Shown here piece after piece: positions 36,962-55,220 of a stretch of 64,000 nucleotides of DNA. Source of the stretch: the human T2T-CHM13v2.0 reference genome, Homo sapiens; the NCBI RefSeq assembly GCF_009914755.1, contig NC_060947.1, one strand, 5' to 3'. The translations under genes and the position numbers were made by a program. How positions within the stretch are numbered: position 1 is the stretch's first letter; every line of letters starts with the position of its first letter. Under the pieces are notes generated by a model, which did not search any database, had not been told where the DNA came from, and saw only the letters and a program-made list of their open reading frames with translations.

Positions 36962-37249
36962 CTACCACCATCACCACTGTACAGGTGGGGAAACCAAGAT
37001 AATGACCCAAGGGAAGTGGCTGAGTGGGGACTTGGCCCCCACAACCCCACTCCCTTGCAAAGTATTCTCTTTGAATATGCACCTCCTTGCACTTTCTACA
37101 AATGACACGAACCCCGAGAGAGAGGATCAAGGTGTTCTGGGAGTTCTGAGGAGCAACTGGACCTAGCGCTGGGCCCAGAGAAAGCCTTTACATCAGAGAG
37201 GAGAAAGCAGGGGAGGGGAGTTACTCGTTTCCCATCTCACTGATACAGA

Positions 37250-37375
37250 AATCAGAGCTGGAAGGTCAGAGATGATCAAGTCCATCCTTTTCATTTTACA
37301 GATGAGGAAACCGAAGCCCAGAGATTAGAGACCTGCCCGGGATCAGAGAACTAGTGAGAGACAGGGCTGGCTTTC
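37250..37375 (+). mobile_element. MIR fragment
   Basis: CATTTTACAGATGAGGAAACCGAAGCCCAGAGA core. Confidence 0.7.
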
Positions 37376-38344
37376 AAAGGAGATATATGCGTTTTCCCTA
37401 CTAATAAAGACAGGAGTGGAAGACACAGCCCCTACTCCAAGGACATGACCATGACACTGGGGAGTCTTGAGGTACCTGTAAAACAACTGTTTCAGCTCGG
37501 CAGGTAGTGTTCCTGAGGGCTGCTTCCACGGTGGTATCTTTCATCCTGGGCTTCAACACTCTAGGAACCCGGTGGCATGCTGACCCACCACCCCTTCTGC
37601 CTTTTCTAGAGCCTGGCAGCCCCTCAGCCCTTCCCTGGGCTCCTTCCCCTCCCTGCCTCCCCGGGGTCCAGCCGAAGCACTCAGCTGGGCAGGACCCTCT
37701 CAGGAACGACAGCCCATCTGATAAGGTCACTCATACTGAGGAGTGGGGGATTCATTTGAGGCGGCTCCAAAGTATTTGCATATTAAAACAAAAGCCTGGG
37801 GACAAGTCAATGGTGAACAAAAAGAAAGGTGTCAAGAGGCAGTTGTCTGCAGAAGGAAGGGTGCTGCAGGTTGTCCGGGGCAACACCTGACACAAAATTC
37901 ACCAGAGAAAATCCGGCCCGCCACCTCTTTCTGTAGAGATCTGTGGCCCTTGTGCTTCCTGCTCCTAAGACTGGGGCAGGGGCACCTAGGGGCCAATCTA
38001 GTCATTTCCCAAATCTTGTATCTTCTAGGATCAGATGTGCTAACAATCCTGGCCCAGAAACTTCCAGCTCCTCTGACCATCAACTGGAACAGATTCTAGC
38101 CACAGAGGAAGAATGCTGGCAGGGGGTGATGGGGAGTGCTGGGCCCTCATGGACCTGAGCTGGTTTAATGGAAATATGGACACACAAGGCTGAGAGTCAA
38201 GCCCCGGAGCCAACACGGTCCAGTTGACCTTAAACGAATGAAGATGCAAAAGACATCCACACGCACGCCTGGCAGAGAGTCCCTATGCCCTTCTGGGGTT
38301 CCCTGAACCTCCAATCACATGGTTTCCAGTCTGTGAGGCCACTA

Positions 38345-38485
<141 letters not shown>

Positions 38486-38892
38486 TCAGAAAGTCAGAGG
38501 ATAAAATGGCCATGATACCTGACCATGGGGAATGCACTGAGGATTTATGAAATGGTACTCATCCTCCAGGCCAATTCTGTGCAGGTGCCAGGAGGCTGGG
38601 GAGCAAGCCCCTTCCTCGGGGCTGCAAGGCTACAAAGCAGCGGAGGTGGAAGTCAAATCGCGGCCTGGTTCTGGACAAGCACTCTTCCTACAGGCACACG
38701 CAAGGCCACGAGCACCGGATGCCTGGCCTGCCTGCTTTGCGCACAGCTCTGGCCATGAGAACTCTCATGGCTCATGCTTACAATTGGCTGCATGATGGGT
38801 GAAATGATGGAAAACATCAGCCTCCAGCTGTGGCGGTGCATCGCTGGAGCCATCCCTAGGGGTTTATAAACTGTGCGCCTAATGCAAGAGAA

Positions 38893-38911
38893 TTGCCAGA
38901 AGGTGGCACTA
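38893..38911 (+). promoter_or_regulatory. Candidate CTCF binding site
   Basis: TTGCCAGAAGGTGGCACTA closely fits the CTCF core consensus. Confidence 0.5.
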
Positions 38912-39544
38912 TTTACCGAGGAAAAACACTTGGACTACTAGCCTGTAACCCCTCCTTCAGGGCCTCAAAAAGCTGAACCCACTGGGGGGCTTCTGTCTCA
39001 GCAAAATAAACTTTGGTGTTCTTTCTGGAGGACAGGGCTGGCTGCGCATTGTAAGCTAGTCTGCAACTTTCTCTCTTTTAAACTCCATGCTGGACTTTGA
39101 CATTTCAGTCATCACATCATTGGTTGGGGGTAATGTCAGTGACCGCTTTTGTCTTCCAGAAAACGTAAGTCAACCAAAGGAAATAGGAAACATCCTTCTC
39201 CCAAGGGGAACATCACACCATGAGGAGACTCATCTTCTGCTTGCAGATTAATCAATGATGTTATTAACATATTTAGTAAAATTTAAAATTTTTTCAATAA
39301 GAAAAACTTTAGTGCATGAACTGAACAGAATTAAATGTCATTAGTAATCAAATAATCCAATAGGACAATAGTGTGGAAGGAGATTCTCCAAAATGTCATA
39401 ATCTTTGGGTGGTAGAATTAGAGATAACGTTTTCTTCTTTCTACAGAATCCTAGATGTTTTGTCGTGCACAGAATTACTTGTATGATAATCAGGTAGTAT
39501 GTTAAAACTATTTGAAATGTAAGTCGTGTTAAGAAAGACTGAAA

Positions 39545-39840
<296 letters not shown>

Positions 39841-42318
39841 GACTGCAGAGATGTAGAATGAGAAATATTCAATAGAGAGCAGACAAGGTGTCCAGTTTAC
39901 AAGACAGCCTGGCTTTGCACTCCTCCCACCCATGAGCCACCTCCTGCCCCGCATGGAGGCATCCCCCTCTGCCTCTCTGCACACCGGTCCTTCTGAACTG
40001 CCCACAGGTCCTCAAAGGTGCTATGCTTTTGCTGCTGCCACTGCCCTCCATCTCATGGACCAGCTCGTCTGGCCCCTGCTAACCTGCAAGCTCACAGGGA
40101 CAGAGCTGGCGCTGTAGCCACCCTTGTGCCCCAGTAGCTAGCCTGGTGCCTGGCACGGAGTGGCTGCTCAATCCATGTTTGCGGGGACACTTTCATTGGT
40201 CTCCAGCTGTCCACAGAGGGCCTTATGGTGCCCTGCACAAGCACATCTGGCTGAGGAAATGAGTGGGGCTCACATCCAAGCTGCATGCCACCCTGGCCCA
40301 GGGCTGCGGCTACCCTGATGAGGCCTTTTATCTAATTTGCACACAGGTGCCACATGGGCCTGTGGTGGCCCTGTGTGCAGAAATCCTTCCTGGTGGTCTC
40401 TACATGTTATTGATGTGACTGATAAACCTTCCCAGCTGTCATCTGGAAGGAGCCAACACAAAATGCAATCAGTGTCAAAGAGTGTGCAAAATCAGTGCCT
40501 AGCACACCAGTGTAAACATGCTGAGGACATTGTAATGACAAGCAGAAACCCAAAGGTCAGTGTGGAGTTTAGAAGACAGAAAGTCACAGAGTAATTTTTT
40601 ACAATGTGTAGTCAGCACTGTTCATCAGAAAGAAAGAAAAGCGTAGCTCTTAACACCTGGCATTTACTATAGTCAGTAAAACGTGCCCTCTAGTAGAACT
40701 GGACGGCTCTTCTCTACCATAGAATAAGTAAAATACCCCTGAAGGCACTTATTTTCCCTTGCTCTGCTTCCAGGTTCCAAATTACCTCTCATTACCAATT
40801 CGGTTTTCCCGAATGCCTCAGTACTGGGAAAGGAGCGACCTGAAGCGGGATATGAACATGTAGCTGCTGGAAGGTAACCCAGCCCCCACTGCCAGCCCTG
40901 CCCCAACCCACATACCGCAGCACGCGTACTAAAAGGAATACATTTATTTGCAGGGGATCTAGGCTGAGGACACTTAGAAGGAACACAGCCCTAGCAGGCT
41001 CCGTAGACTGATCTGCAGAGTGAGGGAAGACTAGTTCCTCTCCAAAGTCTGGCCCTTAACCCTGGAACAAAATCAGTCCTGAGAGAGCTTGGATGATGTG
41101 GGCTGTCGGTTCATGTTGGGATGAGGGGCCATCAACATTCCGGAGCTCAGGGCTAAGGGTCCAGGCTGGTGGGGCTTGGTGAGCCCACCTGGAGCAAGCA
41201 GCCACCTCAAGGGGCCCAGTGAACAAGATGGGCTGATATAAATGCAAAAAACTGAATGCTTCCGGCAATGGCACATTCTACTTCTCACGGAAACTCCTTC
41301 CTTTGATTTTCTACTTGGTTTAACTGGTTCAGTGATCTAACACGTAATAGTTCCTTTTAGATGAAAATAAGGCTCAAAGTGATACACGGTGGTACCTTTT
41401 TTGCCATAAGGATCAAGTATCAGATTGCTTTAAAATTTATATTCTATGGAAAAGTAAAGAAGTCCACTATACTATTGCTTTCAGAAGCCTAGTGAGAGCA
41501 TCCACTGTGTAGATACTTCCATCACACAGAAATGTACCACCCATTAGGAGGCAGTGTGGGGTGGCAGCAAGGCCCTGAACCTGGGGTCTGGCCCCAGGGC
41601 GGAGCCCAGTGCTGTGTGAGCTCTGACAGGTTCCACAGCCTCTCTGAGCTGAGGCAGACACTTTAAAAGGCCCTGCCAGTCCTGTGGCCATGTGTGTGTG
41701 GGCCTGATTGAACCACAGAACACCTAAACCCAAGTTGCCATATGCCAGGCCTCTGCTGGCTTACAACCTCCTCCAGGCCCTGGCGATTTTGGGGAAGACA
41801 CGGTCCTCTGAAGGCCTTTTCATCCCACAAACACAATAATCAAGCCCTGAGGCACCAAAAGCATCCAAGGGACAGCCAGGAACCAAGAATTCTTCTTCTA
41901 ACCATGAGATATTGACAGACAAATCTTCCTGCCAAGATAATAGGTCCATCATGACCCAATTTAGGAAACTTGATAGAATAAAACTATGTTTGGGCATTTT
42001 CTTGGAACTGGACTGTTTTTCTCTCCCTGATGTAGAATGGCTTCTAAGTGATTACTCAAACTCTAGCTTGCAAACTGCTTGAATCAAAGGAAGAGATTCT
42101 CAATACCCCTGTACATTGGCCTTCGTCTGTGGAAGTGTGTAAGAACACGGTGCACAATGGGTTTACGCTCTTTAGAGAGCCTGTGTCAGGGTTCGGGGAG
42201 GGACAGGTATCATTTGAAGGTCTTCAACTGCTGCCTCCCCAGGATACCCATGGTCAAGCGTGTTCCACATATTTTTCCAAAGTCATGATTCCTTGGGATA
42301 GACAGGAACACTACCTAA

Positions 42319-42628
<310 letters not shown>

Positions 42629-42767
42629 TACCTAAGGCTTTTGAAACCATGTTTGGAGAAAAAGTGTTCATTAGTTCGAAAAAGGGGATAAAGAATACCA
42701 ACAGGCCAAGCAATGAGTCACTTATTTCTAGATAAGCGGTGCAAAGGGCCCTCTGCCACTGGGTTAC

Positions 42768-42863
42768 CTTGTTAGGCGGGACAGCGTAGAGTTCAGGCAC
42801 CAGGCGGATCCCATTCTTGCCTCTGATGAGTATTCCCTCCAGGGCCTCTCGGTATTCTTGGAC
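42768..42863 (-). CDS. PHKA2: PHKA2 exon 11, VQEYRE...VPPNK
   Basis: AG/GT borders, 96 nt. Confidence 0.97.
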
Positions 42864-43365
42864 CTGGAAAACAGCCCCATCATCCATGGCAGGAAGGAGG
42901 TCTGGTCATGATTGCTGTAACAGCGGTGCAACATAGAAAAAAAGCTCTCATGGCAACAGATTAGAGTTCAGACACAGGGCAAAGAAATGCACAAATACCC
43001 TCAGCTCCAGGAGTGCAGGAGGCACACTTACAGTGTTAGGAGGAGCTAAACACGATCGGCTATTCCTCTCAGGAGTGTATCTAAGCTCAGCCCTGCCTGT
43101 CTTGCTTCCAGAAAGAGAGACAGAGCACCCATCATACAGTAGCTGTTTCTTCCTCAAAATTCCTCTAGTAGTCATATCTACACTGTGTATCAGATGTCTT
43201 TCCTGTTCTGTCTTTAACTCGTCATGTAATTATTTCATTCTTAACCCCTCATATATTTAAATTTTGTCTCAGTAACCGGATTATAAACTTCTTGTGGGGG
43301 AAGCTATATCTTAAGCAGTGTACCCATTTCCACCTCTTGGTAAGTTTTCCACTTAAGAGGCATTC

Positions 43366-43510
43366 ATTACTATTCAGCCATAAAAAAAGAATAACATTCT
43401 GTCATTTGTAGTAACATGGATGGAATTGGAGGTCAGTGTGTTAAGTGAAATAAGCCAGGCACAGAAAGATGCCACATGTTCTCACTCATGTGTGGGCGCT
43501 AAAAAAGTTG
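43366..43510 (+). mobile_element. L1MA-type fragment
   Basis: TACTATTCAGCCATAAAAAA...TTAAGTGAAATAAGCCAGGCACAGAAAGA. Confidence 0.75.
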
Positions 43511-43959
43511 ACCCCATATTAAAAATGTCATTGGGCAACAAGTGTGAGCGACAGCAAAGGTGTAGAAGGGTAGTAGATTCCATGAAGCTTAATCAACAAG
43601 ACGCTAAACACAGTCATTTTCCTCTCCTGAGTTTTCTTCCCCCCATCATTGTTAAGCCTATTCACAACTGAAATTCTAAGTCAATTCTTTTGAGATCTTT
43701 CAATTCTGGGATAAAATGACAGAAAACCTAAGATAATCACTGAAGCCTAAGAGAAAGCATCAACAGTGGGGAAATATTAACATTTCCAGCTGACTGCTGG
43801 TTCTGAAGCCCCCCAGCATTCCTGAGCAGGAGAGCTGTCAAGAGCTAAAGTGAATCTCTGATTGCTCATCCCCACCCCCACCAAACATGTGATCAGAACC
43901 AGTTGAAAAAATGGCAAAGCATCTGCGATGTCAGTCATTCATGTAACCTGCACAAAGAC

Positions 43960-44640
43960 AGGTCGGTTCTGTTCAACAAAGTATGCTCAGGGCTCAGCAC
44001 AGAGCATGGTACCAAGTAGAAGCTAAAGAGATAGGTCATGAACAAATGAGAGTTGCATCAGTAAATGTTTACTGAGCACATACTATGCACTAGGCACAGG
44101 GACTATACCCGTGAACTGGAGAGAGATGGCCTCTACCAGCGTCCTTTGACAGGTAAGGGGGAGATACAACATAGTGTGACCCATGCTGTTATAGTTGTGG
44201 GTCGTAGGAGCACCTGCCCCAGCTTTTAGGGTCAGAGAAAGCTTTCTGAAAGAAGACACACTTACATTGAACCAAGGGAAGGGGGAGGGGCAATTGGGGA
44301 AGAAAAGAATGTCCTCGGCCTTTGAGAAGAGAGGAGGGCACATGGCCTGTTTAAAGGACTGAAAGGATTTCATTGTGCTTGGATCACAGAACTCAAGAAA
44401 GAAGCACTAAGAAATGAGGCTACAGGGGTGAAAGCAGGGATCAGATCATATGGAACCCCACAAAACGCATGAAGTGGTTTTCAAGCAAGCTTTCAAGCAA
44501 GGCAGTAGCATAACCTAATTTGCCTTTTAATAAGATCACTCTGGCATGGGTGAGAAGAATGGAAACAGCAGGGAACCAGGCCGGAGGCTGAGATTCGAGT
44601 GAGGAGGCTGTTACATGAAGTAAGATGTTATCCAAGAGCA
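43960..44640. mobile_element. L2 fragments; bounds approximate
   Basis: AAATGTTTACTGAGCAC...TATGCACTAGGCAC and TAAGATCACTCTGG motifs. Confidence 0.55.
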
Positions 44641-44712
44641 CCCCAAACTAGGGCTAAAGACAGCAAACCACTGGCTGATCTGGAAAGAACAACAGCAACA
44701 ACAAAACCTGTC

Positions 44713-45243
44713 TGTGATGGAATGTTCTTGCTAGACCCCAGTGAACCACGCCTCCTAGTACTCATGCCCTTGTCTAGTCCCCTCCCGCTTGAATATGGGA
44801 TGGTCCTTTAGCCAACAGAATGTGATGAAAGTGACATTTTGTCAGTTCCGGGCCTAACACTTATGGAAGCTTGGCAGCTTCTGCTTTTGTGTTCTGAGGG
44901 GAAAACAACCAACATGTAAAATTAATGGCCCAGAGACTACAATATTGTGAGAAGCCCAAGCTAGCCATGTGGAGGAGAACCAAGGCCCCCACCAATAGCA
45001 CAGCTGAGTTCCCAGCATCAGCTGCTAGCCAGCATCAATTGGCCATGTGAGTGAGGCCATCTTGGAAATAGATTCTCCACTTCCATGGAACCATCCCAGC
45101 TGACAGCAGGTAAAGCAGAGACAACCTGTCCCTGCTGGGCTCTGCCCAAATTGCAGAATCATGAGCAAATAAATAAAATAGGTGTTGCTTTAATTCACTC
45201 AGTTTTGGGAAAGTTTGCTAAGTGGGAACAGATAACCGAAACA
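44713..45243 (+). mobile_element. MLT1F/G-like solo LTR (MaLR)
   Basis: TGTG start, CCCAAATTGCAGAATCATGAGCAAATAAA, GATAACCGAAACA end. Confidence 0.7.
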
Positions 45244-45315
45244 GTGACCTAAATTCTTGCATAACCCTATGTTCTAATAATAATCAGTATACCAGTGGAA
45301 TGAAAATAATTATCA

Positions 45316-45462
<147 letters not shown>

Positions 45463-45896
45463 CTAGAATCAAATAAGTCAAACTTTTAAAAGGTGATGTC
45501 AGAATACATACATAATACCATTGTGCCTCATGGGGTTTCCCATGCTTGACTGATTTTTACAGCTTTGAAGTTGGCATGAGTAGGATTTTACTATAATGAG
45601 ATGCTGTTTTTGGCAGTTTGCCATGGTAATATTTCAGAAAGTAAGTCAGAAACATACACAAGACTCCTTGGTAGTTTATTATACTAAAGCTTCCTATAAC
45701 TCTAACAAAGAAATAGCAATATGTCTACCACCAAGTTTGGCAGAGGATCTGATTTATATCATTATATTAGTCAGTGTGGCAAAGAAACCCGAGGAGGAGG
45801 CCACAGTCGGTCTTTAAGAAAAATGTGTGAGCCACAGAACCAGTTCTCCTTGTCTACAAGCTGGTTTTATTTATTTTTAAAATTTTAAAGAAATTT

Positions 45897-46527
<631 letters not shown>

Positions 46528-46590
46528 TCACCGTCCCTACTAAAGATACTATGCTATTGCCTGGCTCCAGGCTTGCTGACTCCAAAATTA

Positions 46591-46761
<171 letters not shown>

Positions 46762-48076
46762 CTAATAAGAGAAAGTACATTCGATGAGCTCAGAGAAATT
46801 TTTTTGCCTTTTTAATTCAAGTCAGCCCTGCACCCTCTTTCCCATGAATCTTTTAGTAATGAATTTTATACCAAGTGTTCTTTGCTGTCAGTATAGTTAT
46901 TAATATATTTAAGTAATAAGCAAAATCAATTCAGGTTTGATCGGTACTTGGAAGGGAACGCCAAAACATTCCATCAGAGTATCAGGGCTGCAAGAGTTAT
47001 TACCAAGAGTTCAGTGAACGACCATGCCTTCATTCTGATTTACTGTATTACACAGAGACCTAAAAGGACCCTCACTATTTAGAAAAGCCACCAAGGCAGA
47101 TACTTGGATTGGTTTGCTCCTACTTGCAAGATTGGAAAGCTGCAAGGACATTCCCCAGGCTCCTGGAAGTTAGGCTTTGGCTGCAGAGGAGGCTCTAAGG
47201 TCAGATGCACCTCCACAAAGATTAGCAGAAAGGGAGGGGGCAGCTTCCTGTGCTTAGGACTGTCGCTGCTGGTTTTGGGCTGCAGGCTCCAGGGTTCTGC
47301 CCCAGCTTCCTGGATGCTACGAAAGGAGGGCAGGGGCAGCACTCTCTTAATCTGACGCCCTTAATCCATAGATCACAGCTTTGGGTGTCCATTCTCCAGT
47401 TCCGTAAGTATGTGGAGGCTGCTACAGCAGATGTGGCTCTCGCGAGGGTCATGGAGGCAACCACGTCCCTAGCCCTAGCGACCAGCACCGCACTGTCCTG
47501 GGAGTCATCCCAGGAGGCTGAGCCTAGAACCCGCTCTTCTTGTAAACACTTCATTCTCTGTATTCATTCCCTTCCTACTTCAACTACCTAAAGGGGTTCC
47601 CTTTTTCCCACTGAACCCTGACTGAGACAGCTGCTTTCTTTTGGGAATATGATTGGAGACATAGGGACTCCAAGGGACAAAAGCATTTTTCATGGAACCT
47701 AAGTAGGACAATCAATCTGCAGATTTCAGCTTAGGGAAACTTACATTCTTTGATAATTTTACCGATAGTTTCAACTGGCTGGAGTATTTAATATTCTCAG
47801 TTTAGTGTATCACGGTTACTGCATTTCACCTCAAAACAGGGATTATTTTAACCTGAAGGTAACTTTGGGATTGGCAAGTCCATTGAAATTGTGTGTAAAG
47901 TTTGAGGATATTGGGACATATGCATTTTTTTTTCTGGCAGTGACTCTATACACTGTCTGTGACCTCTAAAGGGTTAAGTAGCTCTGCCTTAGAAGTATGG
48001 TACTGGTACAAACTGGGGTTCAAAGGTGCCTGCCTGAGTGCCAGTTCTGCTTCTCAAGGAGAGAACCAAGCCACTA

Positions 48077-48412
<336 letters not shown>

Positions 48413-49276
48413 TTAACCTGGAGATGCGCTAATAGGCGCAGTATCTAGGGACCATGAGCTCGGCCCCAAGGGAACATTCGAATACGGTTGCCAATTTTGA
48501 GTAGAGCTTTGTCCTACCAACATGGCCCCTGCTGGCCAACACTGTATATCCAGCCAATGATTCCTATTCCTCAGGCGAGAAGTCAGGGCTTGGGGAGAGC
48601 ATGGTACTGTCTGAAGCCCACGCTAAGAACTGCTTGTCTCCCTTCCTTCCATGCCCTATTGACTTTGCCAGACCTTTAGGACATGTAGGGGAGGAACTAT
48701 AGGGCCACCTGTGTCAGTAGGCTAAGCTGTCTTGGCTATGAAGACAGAGACCAGAAAAGAACACATACATGGGGCCAGCTTGGAGAAATGTCTGGCTTCT
48801 GTGGAATGTGACCAGTTGGACTGGGTGATCCAGAAACCACTTAAAGGAGGAGTCAAATCCAGAAGATCTCATGAACACTCAGACAAAATGGTAAACCACA
48901 GAATTAGTTTAGTCCTAGAATCTTTCTAGGGTTACTTAGAGGCACTATAATATGGCCTCAATTATAAATAAGTGGCTGGATTAGGCGCTGGAAACTTGTA
49001 AAGGAGTTGAAATTATCAGGAAAAGTTTGGGAAAGGAAGGAATTAACACTGAGATCTAACACGTACAGACATGGGGCTAGACCCCTGCAAACATAAGCTC
49101 ATTGAATCTTTCATATGAAGAAGGACTTAGGGTACCATGTCCAATTCACACCTGAGGACCCTGAGACTTCGAGCAGCTAGTAAGTGACAGAACTAGGATT
49201 CTAACTCAGGCCCAGCTGGCTGCAAAGCTCACGCATTTCCACTGGATTACACATCTATTAAGATGCACACCACGTC

Positions 49277-49580
49277 CAGGCACAGTGGCTCATGCCTGCA
49301 ACCCCAGAGCTTTGGGAGGCTGAGGTGGGAAGATCACTTGAGGCCAGGAATTGGAGAACAGCCTGGGCAACAGAGTGAGACCCTGACTTTACAAAAAAAT
49401 TAAAAAAAAATTAGCTGGGTGTGGGTGACACGTGCCTGTAGTCCTAGCTACTTGGGAAGCTGAGGCGGGAGGACTGCTTGAGCCCAGTAGTTTGAGGTTA
49501 CAGGGAGCTATGATTGCACCACTGCACTCCAGCCTAGGCGATAGAGTAAGACCTCCTCTTAAAAAAAAAAAAAAAAAATA
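49277..49580 (+). mobile_element. AluJ
   Basis: Alu consensus, poly-A tail. Confidence 0.88.
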
Positions 49581-50329
49581 GACTATACCCCAAGAAATAC
49601 CGGGACTACCTAAAGGGGAAAAATTGAGTGAGCTGGAAGATAGGGTCAAGATGGGTGGAACCCTTCAGCTTCAGAATAAAGCTTTATTTTCTATAGCCAA
49701 CTGAGCCCAGGGCCCTGTTCTGTAACTCACTCTTCCCTAGGGTTTCTCTGCCTGGAAACACAAACTTCTACCAAAGCTCTCCATTCACAAGTCTTTATGT
49801 ATCTGACCTTCTTTAGCCCCAGCAACGTACTTGGCACACAGCGGGCCCTCGCTAAATAAGAGTTTGCTGAGGGCCTAGCAATTGATGACGTGCACTCTGC
49901 TCAATAGAATCCTCCAATCTGTATTAGATCACTCCTTTCTCTGACCTGTATTTCACAGAGGTTGTACTAATTTCCCATCTTTCCCATCTCATTTCTTCTC
50001 CACTACCTATTTCACCCATCCCCAACCCCTCACCCCCAAGTGAACTAGTGCTTGCTCATCATTCAATTTGGGGGCACTGTGAACTAAACCTGAAAGAAAA
50101 CCATCTATGTGCTCAAAAGACATAAAACAGACTTTGCCTCTTGCAAAACAAGGCTGCTTGGATTGCTGATTCCATCTATACAGCATCATGGTGTCTTATA
50201 CTTTTCTGGCTTACAAAGTGCTTAGACAGACTAAGTTGACTGATTCTTACAACTAGCTTGTGAGGCCAGAGGGTCCAGGATGCCCATTTTATGGGTGAGA
50301 AAACTGAAGCTCAAAGAAGCAAAGTATCA

Positions 50330-50521
<192 letters not shown>

Positions 50522-50666
50522 CTACAAACACAGGTATGAGTTACTTTTTCTTTCTAATAAACATACACTCCAATATCTGGTGTTCCTTTTTCATTAAGCA
50601 ATCTAGTATACATGTTTTCCCAAAGGTAATGAAACACATTTTAAAAATCCAGCTAGACTCCTGTAG

Positions 50667-50918
<252 letters not shown>

Positions 50919-50964
50919 TGAAGTTAGTGTTCTACCTAAAAATGAATTAACAAGTTCATAACGT

Positions 50965-50991
50965 TGTGTGTGTGTGTGTGGGTGTGTGTGC
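50965..50991. repeat. (TG)n microsatellite, one interruption
   Basis: Direct inspection. Confidence 0.85.
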
Positions 50992-51706
50992 ACTAAATTC
51001 ATGGTCGTCTTTTCTCTCACATGTTTTAACAGTTAACTTCAAACATCTGGCACTTCAGAAAGTTAATTCTTTTAGTAATAAGTACACTTTCTGTCTGTTT
51101 ACTTCAATAGAGCATATTTTTTGTTGCTTTAAAAATTATAGCCCTGGAGGCTCTACTCTGTCCAAAAAATACATTACATTCTGGAGGAGGGAGGGAAGGA
51201 GGCACACCATATGTCTATGGCAAGAGAAGCAAACTGGTGACCCACAGATCGAATCTGCCCCATAGGTGTGTTTTGTTTGGCTTGAAGAGTATTTTAAATG
51301 AGTTTGAATCAGAGTACCTTCAGGGAAAGTTTCCCAGTGTCCCCAATTCCTCCCCTGACCCCCACCTTGCTGTCTGGCTAGTTTCACTTCGTACTGTTAT
51401 TTGACTGACCTTGTAGACTTTTGAACTTGTGAGTCCAACCTACAAAGTGGTGATATTCTCCAGTCCTCTCTGTGACCCAGAAAAGAAGACTGGACATCAC
51501 ACGTGCAGCTTCTTAAACAACAGCAAGAGCTTAGACCCATGGGTGATGGCAGCAGCTAACCAGGACGGAGCACTCTTACTTTCTGCCATGGGCAGATTTC
51601 AGCATTGGAAACCTACCTTCTTTACCTAGAATTTCAGGTGGCTGGGGTAACTGTGCCACTTGAATTTCACATCCTTGATGCTGACTTTTGACAAATATGC
51701 TAATCA

Positions 51707-52018
<312 letters not shown>

Positions 52019-52584
52019 TCAATTTCAGTTCATGCGACCTCTGTGCAGAATTTTAGAAGAAAATATTCAAGTGGGACAAAAGTGCATGCCACAACACTCT
52101 CAAATTTCTTATTTCTTATTTCTAGAAGGTATTCATTTGTAAGAAACTCTGGATGTATGGAGAACAAAATATTTTATCTTCTTAAGATTGAATAAAATGC
52201 TGCCTCTCTAGTCAATGCCTTTGAACTTATATTATGTTGTAAAATGGAAGACAGAAACTTTAGCACATGGGTCATAACTAGTCAAAGCCAGCAAAAGCAT
52301 TTAAAATAATTTAGTACTTATTTTTAGCATTACCTCTTGGGGAAAAAATGCTCAGCAAGTAACTGGAGCCAAAGTCACAACTGAGACACAGAACACTGAA
52401 CCTACGTGGTATTTACAAACCGATTACTAGGGATTGGCTCACAATGCTGGCACCCAGAGGACTTGATACATGTGTACCTAATGTATAATTCATATTTTCA
52501 TTAAAAAATCCACATATGGGATGCTGTTTTAAACAATTCTATGTGTACTACTGAAAGCTGACCACCCAACACACACAAGACTGA

Positions 52585-52980
<396 letters not shown>

Positions 52981-53527
52981 TAGAGCAACTTCCCTGCTGA
53001 GCGTGCCTGGTGACTGAGCCTGGGCTTCTTCCCTTGAGCACTCTTCTCATCTGCGCCTTCCTGCAGCCCAACCCACCTTTCCTCCAACCCCGGCACTGGG
53101 TGATTCATCCTCAAAAACTGCTTTGATTGCTGCTTCCCCTTGTTTCAGGGTCTAAAATGACAAGTGGTGTATTTCCTAGTGGATCACATTCACATCTCTC
53201 TCTCTGAATGGCCATATGCCCCATGATTTGGCCTCCTTAGACACACCCACAAGCTGAGAGTGGAACATAAGATCCACTTATGTTCTACTCTTTTCCAATG
53301 TCAGCTTTCCTCCTAAATCTACTCCTTTCCTCTGTACCCTTTTCCTCAAGCACCCCCTAGCCCACCCAGCCACACTCAGAGCCTGTTCCTGCCTCTGGGA
53401 CTGCACAAGCTATTCCTGCACCCAAACTCCCTATCTCCTCCCTTCTGCTGATCTAGACTCTGCTCAGCTTCCAAGGTCCAACTCAATGCCCACCCTTTCC
53501 ACAAAGACTTCTCAAGTTTCTTCAGAC

Positions 53528-53752
53528 CAGGGTTTGTCAACTTCAGCACTATTCCATTTCGAGCCAGGTAATCTGAGTCATTGGGGTGGGGGGAGGGGGG
53601 CCTGTGCATTGTAGGATGTCTAGCAGCAGTCCTAGTCTTGGCTCACTAGATGCCACGAACACCTACTGACCAGGTGCGACAACCAAAAATGTCTCCAGAC
53701 ATCGCCAAATGTCTCCTGGGAGGGCAAGATTGCCTCTCGTTGGGAATCACTG
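53528..53752 (-). mobile_element. MER20
   Basis: ACAACCAAAAATGTCTCCAGACATCGCCAAATGTC...GAATCACTG. Confidence 0.8.
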
Positions 53753-53760
53753 CTTTAGAC

Positions 53761-53983
53761 CTGGGGTCAGGGAACTCCACCCAGTCTTTGGAACAAATCT
53801 AGTTTCCCACCTATTTTTGCAAAGTCTATCTGGGACAGAGCCATGCTCATTTATTTACGTGTTGTCTATGGCTGCTTTCATGCTACAAAGGCAGAGCCAA
53901 GTAGCTGCGACAGAGACCCTAGGGCCTGTAAAGCCGACCATATTTACTCTCTGGCCCTTTACAGAAAACCTTTGCTGACCTTC
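53761..53983 (+). mobile_element. MER58A-like DNA transposon
   Basis: ATATTTACTCTCTGGCCCTTTACAGAAAA...TTTGCTGACC. Confidence 0.75.
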
Positions 53984-54331
53984 CTTTAGACCATAGTGGC
54001 TTTTTTAAAACCAGCCTTTACCTTTTCCCTCCTTCCCTGAGAGCTTTACACACTGGGGTTGTTGTGTAAAGGTGCCTCAGGCTTTGCCTTCCAAACCAGA
54101 CAGAAGCTCGGAGGAAAGGGGGTTTATACACATTTATACTCAGCAAATCTGGCCCAGGCTGGGGCTCTGCCTGGCTCAAGCCCCTCTACCTGTGGCCTGG
54201 TTGGGGCGACGCTCATGGCATCCCAGCTCCCACCAAGGTGCTAATGCTGCTACCTCTTTAGCCCCAACTCAAGCCAGCACATATGCATCCCGTAGGACAT
54301 GTTAGGATCTTATTTCAAACAAGCATAATGG

Positions 54332-55220
<889 letters not shown>

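Noticed and set aside
40682-40700. Minus-strand CTCF-like motif
   Set aside because: Mismatch at a core C; too weak to call
47222-47591. Overlapping ORFs in a mildly CpG-rich patch as a retrocopy
   Set aside because: No recognisable parent protein, poly-A tail or TSD
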